A stretch of DNA of 64,000 bases, from the NCBI GenBank assembly GCA_029261875.1, contig JAJDAL010000006.1, forward strand, positions 120,765-184,764. Direction: 5' to 3'. The notes beneath the pieces were generated by a model. That model was not told the DNA's origin, did no database searches, and worked only from the letters and a program-made list of their open reading frames with translations. This document shows, piece by piece, positions 55,387 through 63,085 of this stretch (positions are counted from its first letter, which is position 1; every line of letters starts with the position of its first letter). Position numbers and translations under genes: made by a program. Source of the DNA: Deltaproteobacteria bacterium (GTDB lineage Bacteria > Myxococcota_A > UBA9160 > JAJDAL01).

Positions 55387-56690
55387 GCGACGACACGCTT
55401 CGAACCTACCGCGACGCTTTTGGGAAGCATTCCCCGAGTGAAGAACCCGGCTGGTTGCGCGCCCTGCGCGAAGTCGCCCTCGAGCGCTTCGCGGCGCGCG
55501 GATTCCCGACGCGGCAAGACGAAGCTTGGAAGTACACGAACGTCTCCGCCCTGGCGGAGCGCGCGTTCCCCTTGGCCCCAGGCGGTGGAGACGTCGACTG
55601 GAAAGGTACGGATGCGCCGGACTTGGGCGCCGCGCGCGCGGTTTTTGTCGATGGAACTTTCGCACCCGATCTCTCGACCCTGGACGGTCTTCCCGCAGGC
55701 ATTGCAATTCGCAGCATTGCAACCCTCCGCAACGTTCAACCCGAATTCCTCGAACCCCATCTCGGCAAAGTCGCCGCCATCGAGGATCACCCGTTTGCGG
55801 CGCTCAACAGCGCTTTCTTGAACGATGGAGCGGTCGTTCACTGCGCGCCCGACGCCTCCTGTGAAGTGCCCCTCCACCTGGTTTTCGTCTCCGCCGCAGG
55901 GCAATGTGTGTCCCATCCCCGCGTTCTCGTCGTCGCCGAAAGCGGCAGCGCCGTGACCGTGGTCGAGAGCTACGTCAGCGGAAATGGGATCGAACATCTC
56001 GTCAATCCCGTGCGCGAAATCCGGGTGGGCGAGGGTGCGCGCGTCGACCATGTCACTTTCCAAGCGCAAAGCCGCAAGAGTTTTCACATCTCCAACCTGG
56101 CCGTCCATCAAGCGCGGGACAGCCGCTTTGCCGCCCACTCCCTGTCCTTTGGCGCGGGTCTCACCCGCAACGACGCATGGGTATCGATGCAGGGCCCCGG
56201 CGCGGAAGCCACCCTCAACGGGCTCTATGTCGCCTGGAATCGCCAACACGTCGACAACTACACCCACATCGACCACGCGGAACCGAACTGCACCAGCCGG
56301 GAACTCTACAAGGGCATCCTGTCCGGAAGTGCGCGCGGTGTGTTTCACGGCCGGGTCGTCGTGAAGCCCGATGCTCAAAAGAGCAACGCGCAGCAGAACA
56401 ACAAGAACCTCCTGCTCTCGCGCGCGGCGGAGATCAACACCAAGCCCCAGCTCGAGATCTACGCCGACGACGTCAAATGCACCCACGGTTCGACCGTGGG
56501 ACAGCTCGACCCGAAGCAGGTCTTCTATCTCCGCTCGCGCGGCATCGATGAGAACCAAGCGCGCGCCATGCTCATGCGCGCCTTCGCGGGCGAGATCACC
56601 GACCGCCTTCCCGCCTCGGTCCGCGAATCCTTCGGGCAATTCACCGAGCGAAGACTCAGCGATCCCCGCCTGGAAGAGGGCACGGCGTGA
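55383..56690 (+). CDS. sufD: Fe-S cluster assembly protein SufD
   Basis: ATG 55383 overlaps the sufC stop (ATGA). 435 aa. SufD C-terminal block PQLEIYADDVKCTHGSTVGQLD. Confidence 0.9.
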   Translation: MSDDTLRTYRDAFGKHSPSEEPGWLRALREVALERFAARGFPTRQDEAWKYTNVSALAERAFPLAPGGGDVDWKGTDAPDLGAARAVFVDGTFAPDLSTLDGLPAGIAIRSIATLRNVQPEFLEPHLGKVAAIEDHPFAALNSAFLNDGAVVHCAPDASCEVPLHLVFVSAAGQCVSHPRVLVVAESGSAVTVVESYVSGNGIEHLVNPVREIRVGEGARVDHVTFQAQSRKSFHISNLAVHQARDSRFAAHSLSFGAGLTRNDAWVSMQGPGAEATLNGLYVAWNRQHVDNYTHIDHAEPNCTSRELYKGILSGSARGVFHGRVVVKPDAQKSNAQQNNKNLLLSRAAEINTKPQLEIYADDVKCTHGSTVGQLDPKQVFYLRSRGIDENQARAMLMRAFAGEITDRLPASVRESFGQFTERRLSDPRLEEGTA

Positions 56691-57928
56691 GTGTGGCGAC
56701 CCAAACTGCGGGCTTCGACCCGTACCGCGTTCGCAAGGACTTCCCGATCCTCGATCAGGAGATCGGGGGAAAGCCGCTCGCCTACCTCGACAACGCCGCC
56801 ACGGCTCAGAAACCGCGATCGGTGCTCGACGCACTCGAGCGCTACTACACCCGCGACAACGCGAACATCCATCGCGGCGTCCATACCCTGAGCGCCCGAG
56901 CCACCCAGGCCTACGAAGATGCGCGCAATACCGTCGCCCGCTTCTTGGGCGCCCGCGAAGCCCGGGAAATCGTACTGCTGCGCGGCACCACCGAAGCCAT
57001 CAATCTCGTGGCGCAAAGCTTCGGGCGAAAGCAGGTCGAGGCCGACGACGAAGTGCTCATCACCTGGATGGAGCATCACTCGAATATCGTTCCCTGGCAG
57101 CTCTTGTGCGAAGAGAAGGGTGCAAAACTGCGGGTTGCGCCGGTCAACGATCGCGGCGAACTCGAGCTGGAAGCCTTCGAACGCCTGCTCGGCCCCAAGA
57201 CGCGTATCGTCGCCGTCACCCACGTATCCAACGCCCTGGGAACCATCAACCCGGTGGAGGAGATCGTGCGGCTTTCGCACCAACGGGGAATTCCGGTGCT
57301 GCTCGACGGCGCCCAGGCGGTCCCCCACATCCCGGTGAACGTCGATGAAATCGGTTGTGACTTCTACGCGTTTTCGAGCCACAAGCTGTTCGGTCCGACG
57401 GGGACCGGCGCCCTCTACGCGCGAGCCGAGCTGTTGGAGATGATGCCGCCGTGGCAGGGCGGGGGCGAGATGATCGCGAGCGTGAGTTTCGATCAGACCA
57501 CCTACAACGAAGTGCCCCACAAGTTCGAAGCCGGAACGCCCAACATTGCGGGTCCCATCGGTATGGCGGCCGCCATCGAATACGTTCAGGAGATCGGCTA
57601 CCCCGCGATCTGCGCCCACGAGGACGAGTTGCTCCGCTACGGGACCGAACTCCTGGCCGCGATCCCCGAAGTCCGCCTGATCGGAACCGCCCGTGAAAAG
57701 GTGGGCGTGCTCTCATTCGTAGTCGGGGGCATCCATCCCCACGACATCGGCACCATCCTCGATCACGAGGGCGTGGCCATTCGAACGGGACACCATTGTG
57801 CGCAACCGTTGATGGACCGATTCGGTGTACCCGCCACCGCACGCGCCTCTTTGGCGTTCTACAACACCCGCGAAGAAATCGACGCATTGGCGAGTGGACT
57901 GCGTCGGGTAATCGAGATGTTCCGCTGA
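56687..57928 (+). CDS. sufS: Cysteine desulfurase SufS
   Basis: GTG 56687 overlaps the sufD stop (GTGA). PLP-Lys SSHKLFGPTGTGALY and catalytic Cys RTGHHCAQP. Confidence 0.95.
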   Translation: MSVATQTAGFDPYRVRKDFPILDQEIGGKPLAYLDNAATAQKPRSVLDALERYYTRDNANIHRGVHTLSARATQAYEDARNTVARFLGAREAREIVLLRGTTEAINLVAQSFGRKQVEADDEVLITWMEHHSNIVPWQLLCEEKGAKLRVAPVNDRGELELEAFERLLGPKTRIVAVTHVSNALGTINPVEEIVRLSHQRGIPVLLDGAQAVPHIPVNVDEIGCDFYAFSSHKLFGPTGTGALYARAELLEMMPPWQGGGEMIASVSFDQTTYNEVPHKFEAGTPNIAGPIGMAAAIEYVQEIGYPAICAHEDELLRYGTELLAAIPEVRLIGTAREKVGVLSFVVGGIHPHDIGTILDHEGVAIRTGHHCAQPLMDRFGVPATARASLAFYNTREEIDALASGLRRVIEMFR

Positions 57929-58383
57929 TGTCGGATCTACGTGAGCTCTACCAGTCGGTGATTCTCGATCACAGTCGAACGCCGCGAAACTTCGGCAAGC
58001 CGGACTCTTGCACCCACAGCGCCGAAGGTTTCAATCCGCTTTGCGGCGACCGCCTGACCGTCTACCTCGAAGTCGAGGATGACCAGATCAAGAAAGTCTC
58101 CTTCGAAGGTTCGGGTTGCGCGATCTCCCAGGCTTCGGCTTCGATGATGACGGAATGCGTCGAAGGCAAACCCCTCTCGGACGTATCGAAAACCTACGAC
58201 CGCTTTCACGATCTAGTCACTGGAGACCCCACGAGGGTTGCGAATCCCGATCCAGAGCTCGGGAAACTCGCGGCCTTTGCCGGGGTTCGAGAATTTCCCA
58301 TGCGCGTCAAATGCGCCACTCTCGCCTGGCATGCGATCCGCCAGGCTCTGGACGAGCGTGGCCAATCGGTGAGTACGGAATGA
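57928..58383 (+). CDS. sufU: Sulfur acceptor / scaffold SufU
   Basis: ATG 57928 overlaps the sufS stop (TGATG). 151 aa. Motifs NPLCGD, GSGCAISQASASMM and RVKCATLAW. Confidence 0.9.
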   Translation: MSDLRELYQSVILDHSRTPRNFGKPDSCTHSAEGFNPLCGDRLTVYLEVEDDQIKKVSFEGSGCAISQASASMMTECVEGKPLSDVSKTYDRFHDLVTGDPTRVANPDPELGKLAAFAGVREFPMRVKCATLAWHAIRQALDERGQSVSTE

Positions 58384-58757
58384 GCGAAGAACAGATTCCC
58401 CAGGAACCGACCCCGCAACCGGAAGCCCCCCAGGCCCAGTCCCTGACGCCGGAACTCCAGGCCATTCGGGACAAGACCATCGAGGTCCTGAAAACGGTCT
58501 ACGATCCCGAGATTCCGGTCGACATCTACGAGCTCGGCTTGATCTACGGCATCGAGGTCGAAGAAGATGCGAGCGTCAAGATCAAGATGACGTTGACCTC
58601 GCCCATGTGCCCCGTGGCCGAATCCCTCCCGCCCGAAGTCGAAGCGAAGGTGGGCGAGATCGCCGAGGTGAGCGCGGCCCAGGTCGACATCACCTGGGAG
58701 CCCCCCTGGGACCCGGGCATGATGTCCGACGCGGCACGTCTGACCCTCGGAATGTAA
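58380..58757 (+). CDS. sufT: DUF59/MIP18-family Fe-S assembly protein SufT
   Basis: ATG 58380 overlaps the sufU stop (ATGA). 125 aa. Motif VYDPEIPVDIYELGLIY...MTLTSPMCP. Confidence 0.85.
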   Translation: MSEEQIPQEPTPQPEAPQAQSLTPELQAIRDKTIEVLKTVYDPEIPVDIYELGLIYGIEVEEDASVKIKMTLTSPMCPVAESLPPEVEAKVGEIAEVSAAQVDITWEPPWDPGMMSDAARLTLGM

Positions 58758-58759
58758 GG

Positions 58760-59575
58760 TTGGGGAAACCCGCACAGGTTCTGGTAGCGACCGGAATCCT
58801 CGTGGTGGGAGGGTTTCTCATGTTGCGACTCCTGGTCGAGGGAATGATCTTCCAACCCAGTCCGGGAGTCGATCTCGAACCGGCCGCCATGGGAATCGAT
58901 GCGCGCGACGTCTTCCTCGATGTCGAAGGCGAACGCGCCCACGGCTTCTACTTGCCCCACGCAAACGCGAATCGCGCCATCTTATTTCTCCACGGCAATG
59001 CGGGCAACGCGTCGCACCGCTTGCCCAACGCGGCCCAACTCCAGCAACTCGCAGCAAACGTCTTCGTACTCGACTACCGCGGTTACGGGCGCAGCGAGGG
59101 AAAAGCCACGGAGCGCGGCACCTACGCGGATGCCCGTGCAGCACTCGATCACTTGACCGGCACGTTGGGCTTTGCGAGCGATCGCGTCGTGGTGTTCGGC
59201 CGCTCCCTCGGCGGCGCGATTGCCGTCGACCTCGTGAAGGATCGCGATTTCGCAGGACTGGTGCTCGAGAGCACCTTCACGTCCGTCCGCGAGGTGGTGC
59301 AATCCCTCTTCAAGCTGCCCCTCGGCGCGTTCGTGGGAGATCGCTTCGATTCGAAGGCGAAGATCGCCCGACTCGAGCGTCCGCTCCTCATGTTTCACGG
59401 CAACCGCGACGAGATCGTTCCCTTCGATATCGGACGGCGACTCTACGACGCTGCCCCAAAGCCCAAGGATTTCTACGAGATCGCGGGCGCCGGACACAAC
59501 GACACGGTTTCCGTCGGAGGCCGCGCCTACTTCGAGCGCTTCCGCGCGTTTCTCGACCAGGTCACTCCCCTATGA
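58760..59575 (+). CDS. Membrane-anchored alpha/beta hydrolase
   Basis: TTG 58760 lies 2 nt after the sufT stop (alternative ATG 58820). N-terminal TM helix, LFLHGNAGN, nucleophile elbow FGRSLGG and acid/His region GAGHND. Confidence 0.8.
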   Translation: MGKPAQVLVATGILVVGGFLMLRLLVEGMIFQPSPGVDLEPAAMGIDARDVFLDVEGERAHGFYLPHANANRAILFLHGNAGNASHRLPNAAQLQQLAANVFVLDYRGYGRSEGKATERGTYADARAALDHLTGTLGFASDRVVVFGRSLGGAIAVDLVKDRDFAGLVLESTFTSVREVVQSLFKLPLGAFVGDRFDSKAKIARLERPLLMFHGNRDEIVPFDIGRRLYDAAPKPKDFYEIAGAGHNDTVSVGGRAYFERFRAFLDQVTPL

Positions 59576-60489
59576 CGCTCATTACCGGCGCCAACGGCCA
59601 CCTGGGTCGCCGGCTGATTTCGAAACTCGTCGCCGAAGAGGTTCCAGTTCGCGCCCTGGTGCGTTCGGAACGCGCCGCTCGCACACTCGTCGAACATCCC
59701 TGCGCCGGCCACTTCGAAGTGTGCGTCGTGGACTACACGGATGAAGACGGCCTCGCGCGCGCCGCCCTGGGCTGCGATCACGTGATCCACCTGGTCGGCA
59801 TCCTCAAGCAGACCCCCCAGGCCCGCTACGTCGACGCCCACGAAAATGCGACCCGGGCCCTGACCCGGGCGTGCGAGCGAGCCGGCGTTGCGCGCATCGT
59901 CTATCTCAGCATCTTGGGCTCGACTCCGAGTGCCGCCAACGCTTGCCTGGCATCGAAGGGGCGCGCCGAGCAGATGCTCGCGGACGGCCCGGTCCCGTCG
60001 ACGGTCCTGCGGCTCCCCATGGTTCTGGGTCCCGGCGATTTCGCCTCCAAGGCATTGCGGGGCAAGGCGCAAGCACCGCTGTGCTTCCTCGTCCGCGGCG
60101 GCGCCACCCTCGAGCAACCCATCGACGCCGACGACGTACTCTCCGCCGTCACCCAGGCGGTCGACCCGTCGCGCAACTCCCCGACCCATCTCGACTTGGA
60201 TCTCGCGGGCCCCGAATCGCTCCCGCACGTCGACCTCGTGCGCCGCGCCGCGAAGCTCTACGACCGCATGCCCCGCGTGGTCCCCATCCCCCTCGCTTTT
60301 GCCCGCCTGATGGCCAGCGCCATGGAACGTTTTTCCAAGAACCCACCCATCACGCGTGCGATGCTCGAGGTTCTGGAGCACGACGACCGGGTCGACCCGG
60401 CACCGGCGTGCAAACAACTGGGTCTCGAACTGACACCGCTGGACGAAACCTTGCGGCGCTGCGTTGGACCCGACGCGGAGGAAGCGTGA
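59572..60489 (+). CDS. NAD(P)-binding NmrA/SDR-like (atypical short-chain dehydrogenase/epimerase) protein
   Basis: ATG overlaps the upstream stop (ATGA). Rossmann motif MTLITGANGHLG. 305 aa. Confidence 0.8.
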   Translation: MTLITGANGHLGRRLISKLVAEEVPVRALVRSERAARTLVEHPCAGHFEVCVVDYTDEDGLARAALGCDHVIHLVGILKQTPQARYVDAHENATRALTRACERAGVARIVYLSILGSTPSAANACLASKGRAEQMLADGPVPSTVLRLPMVLGPGDFASKALRGKAQAPLCFLVRGGATLEQPIDADDVLSAVTQAVDPSRNSPTHLDLDLAGPESLPHVDLVRRAAKLYDRMPRVVPIPLAFARLMASAMERFSKNPPITRAMLEVLEHDDRVDPAPACKQLGLELTPLDETLRRCVGPDAEEA

Positions 60490-61439
60490 CCGAGACCCCC
60501 GAGAAACCCGCCCCGGCCCTCTGGAAACGCCTGGCCCCCTGGGTCATCACCGCCATCTGCTTTGCCTACCTCTATTTGCAGATCGATCGTCAAGCCGGGT
60601 TCCAGGGCAAGAGCGCGTTCGAACTCCTGGGAGACGTCTTCGCCCAGGTGAGCTGGTTCAAATGGCTCGCCCTCATGATCCCTTACTCGATCTTCTTCTT
60701 CCTCGTCGACTCGCTGGTGGTCTGGCGAATCATCAACTGGTTCAACACACGCATCCCCTACACCGACATCCTTCCCATCCGCGCCAGCGCGTACATCATT
60801 TCGATCTTGAACGAACAAGTGGGCAAGGGCGCCATGGCGATGTACCTGAACCGGCGCGACGGCGTCCCGGGCCTGCAGGTTCTCTCGAGCATGATGTTCA
60901 TCATGTTCTGCGAGTTCTACTATCTGCTCGGCTGGGCGACCGTGGGCACCCGCATCGGCCGCGACGCGCTCCCGGAGATCTTTCATTCGATCCCGTTGAT
61001 CGCCGCCGTGGCATTTCTCTTCTTGGTACTTTGGATTCTGTATTTTCGCGGCGTAATTGCTCCCGGAAACCAATTCCGAAACCGCGACGTCATGCACGCC
61101 TTCCGCCAAGCGCGTTGGTGGCAATACGGAACCATCATCCTGCTGCGCTCCCCAGCCCTCCTGGCCGCCGTCGTCGTCTACACCCTCGCCCTGCGCCTCT
61201 TCGGCGTCGAAGCCACCTTCGCCAACATGCTGGGCTACCTACCGGTCATCTTCTTCGGCGCCTCGATCCCCGGCCCCTTCCGCGCCGTCGCCATCACCCT
61301 ATGGTCCGAACTCTTCCCGGAAAACCGCGCCCAGATGGCGATCTTCGGCCTCGTCCAACACAACTTCTTCATCCTCTTCAACGCCGCCATCGGCCTCGCC
61401 TTCGTCCGCCGAGCCAACCGCGAACTCTTCGAAAGCTAA
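60486..61439 (+). CDS. Flippase-like / lysyl-PG-synthase-TM-region-like (UPF0104) polytopic membrane protein
   Basis: GTG 60486 overlaps the upstream stop (GTGA). 317 aa with about 8 hydrophobic helices. The family call rests on overall topology and residue pattern only. Confidence 0.7.
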   Translation: MTETPEKPAPALWKRLAPWVITAICFAYLYLQIDRQAGFQGKSAFELLGDVFAQVSWFKWLALMIPYSIFFFLVDSLVVWRIINWFNTRIPYTDILPIRASAYIISILNEQVGKGAMAMYLNRRDGVPGLQVLSSMMFIMFCEFYYLLGWATVGTRIGRDALPEIFHSIPLIAAVAFLFLVLWILYFRGVIAPGNQFRNRDVMHAFRQARWWQYGTIILLRSPALLAAVVVYTLALRLFGVEATFANMLGYLPVIFFGASIPGPFRAVAITLWSELFPENRAQMAIFGLVQHNFFILFNAAIGLAFVRRANRELFES

Positions 61440-61471
61440 AGAACCAAGCGACGAAACTCCCGACACAGAAC

Positions 61472-61616
61472 CGTTCGGGCGGAGCGGAGGGGAGCCTGCA
61501 GCGAAGTAAAGCGCAGCGAGCAGCAAGCGCGAACCTCCCTCAACGAGCAACCCGCCTCGCCCGGCACCCCGCGAGCGAGCCATGAGCGGAAGGCCCCCCT
61601 CCGCTCCGCCCGAACG
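61472..61616. repeat. 21-bp perfect inverted repeat enclosing a 103-nt spacer (MITE-like or long structured RNA)
   Basis: 61472-61492 CGTTCGGGCGGAGCGGAGGGG pairs perfectly with 61596-61616 CCCCTCCGCTCCGCCCGAACG, checked base by base. Four more pairs follow after one mismatch. Confidence 0.7.
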
Positions 61617-61640
61617 CGCCCTAGCTAGAACGCAATCGTC

Positions 61641-61679
61641 CAAAAAAGAAAGCGCCCCGTCGGAAACCCGACGAGGCGC
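61641..61679 (-). terminator. Rho-independent terminator of 61703..62734
   Basis: Minus strand: GCGCCTCGTCGG-gttt-CCGACGGGGCGC (11 of 12 pairs), followed by TTTCTTTTTTG. Confidence 0.7.
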
Positions 61680-61702
61680 ACTCTCTCAGCCAAAAAGCGA
61701 CT

Positions 61703-62734
61703 CTACAGCGTCGATACGGAATCCACCGTAGTCGGCATGCAGAGCAGATCTTCGCCCTTGGTATCAACCTGCGACGGAATCGCGAAGTTGTTCGTAACCG
61801 TGGTGAAGACGTTGTTGCGCTTCGTGTGCTTGTTCTGCTTCAGCTTGTCGCCCACCGAAAGGCCCGCGATGGCGCCCGTCGTGGCGTCGGTGACCTTGGC
61901 CGTCGGCTTCGCCTGGTAGCACATCAAGCTGTCGGTCGTGCTGGGCGTCGAACCCGTCACGCTGGCAACCGTGATCCGCGGCGGATCCACGTTGCTCTTG
62001 GTGGCCGGATTGCACAGGAACTTGGGCTTCTTGACGTCGTGGAGACAGTTGCCCGCAACCGAGGTCGCCGGGAAGGACGGATTGCCGTCCTTGTCCGTCG
62101 CGCAATCGATGGCCTGGAACTGATCCACGAAGAAAGCCTGAAGACCCTTCAGCAGCTTGCCCTTCGAGGGGTCCTGCTGCGTTCCGAACGGTCCAACCTT
62201 GCTCTCTTTGACCTGGTAGCAGATGTAGTGCGTCTTATCGCCCGGATCCGCCGGCGGTGCGCCAACGTCCTTGCCCGTGGGAACCCACAGGAATGCGACT
62301 TTGTTGCTGTCGAGGGTCAACGTTCCCAGTTGATTGGTGACCTCGAAGCGACGCTTGATGTGCTTCGCCGGCTTCGGGAACTTGCCCTTGGAATCGACGG
62401 GCCCAATGCCCTCTTTTCCACTCTTCACCTGATAAACCATGTAGTGGGTATCGGGATCATCGGGAGCGCCCTCAGCGTTCTTCTCGCCGGGAACCGCCAA
62501 GTTCTTTTCCTTCTGAACGTTGTAGTTCTCGGGATCATCCGCGCCCGAGATCACCGCATCGTCCAACGTGATGTTGAAATCTTTCGGGAACTTCTCACCA
62601 GTAATCTTGGAAGCCTTCGCCTTGTAGACGAAGTAGTGGTCGGTCACGTCCACCGACGGGCCCGCCAACGCCGGTCCCGCGGCAAGTCCGACAACAACAG
62701 CAAGTGCTGTCGCGAGGGTCAGCAACGATCGCAT
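61703..62734 (-). CDS. Secreted four-module repeat protein (H-Y-x-x-Y-x-x-K ... L-C-x-P modules), copy A
   Basis: 343 aa. AGGAG RBS and signal peptide MRSLLTLATALAVVVGLAAGPALA. Four internal modules start at DHYFVYKAK, THYMVYQVK, THYICYQVK and SLMCYQAK. Confidence 0.8.
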   Translation of the reverse strand: MRSLLTLATALAVVVGLAAGPALAGPSVDVTDHYFVYKAKASKITGEKFPKDFNITLDDAVISGADDPENYNVQKEKNLAVPGEKNAEGAPDDPDTHYMVYQVKSGKEGIGPVDSKGKFPKPAKHIKRRFEVTNQLGTLTLDSNKVAFLWVPTGKDVGAPPADPGDKTHYICYQVKESKVGPFGTQQDPSKGKLLKGLQAFFVDQFQAIDCATDKDGNPSFPATSVAGNCLHDVKKPKFLCNPATKSNVDPPRITVASVTGSTPSTTDSLMCYQAKPTAKVTDATTGAIAGLSVGDKLKQNKHTKRNNVFTTVTNNFAIPSQVDTKGEDLLCMPTTVDSVSTL

Positions 62735-63025
62735 AGCTCAACTCCTGTCTTTACCCGTTGAATCGGGTGGGGTTTCGCTCGTAGTTCTTCTGCATCCAGC
62801 CGGCTGTGCCGAGCACCCTGCCGCACAATTCCAGCGGGAAACACGACCGCCTGCCCCGCCTGCGCCTCGTGTGCAAAACACCAAGACGAACAGGCAAACA
62901 AGCGGCAACGCGTGGCATGTTACGCCAATGCAATTCCGCAATGGGGTGTTTAGACATCACCAAATGTCATGAATTATCGGAGTGTGAATTTTGCGAATGC
63001 GGAGCCCGCCACCTGCGCGGCGCCC

Positions 63026-63063
63026 ACAAAAGAAAACGCCCCGTCGGATTCCCGACGGGGCGT
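63026..63063 (-). terminator. Rho-independent terminator of 63086..>64000
   Basis: Minus strand: ACGCCCCGTCGG-gaat-CCGACGGGGCGT (12 of 12 pairs), followed by TTTCTTTTGT. Confidence 0.75.
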
Positions 63064-63085
63064 TCCTGCGAAAAGCCCGGAGGCT

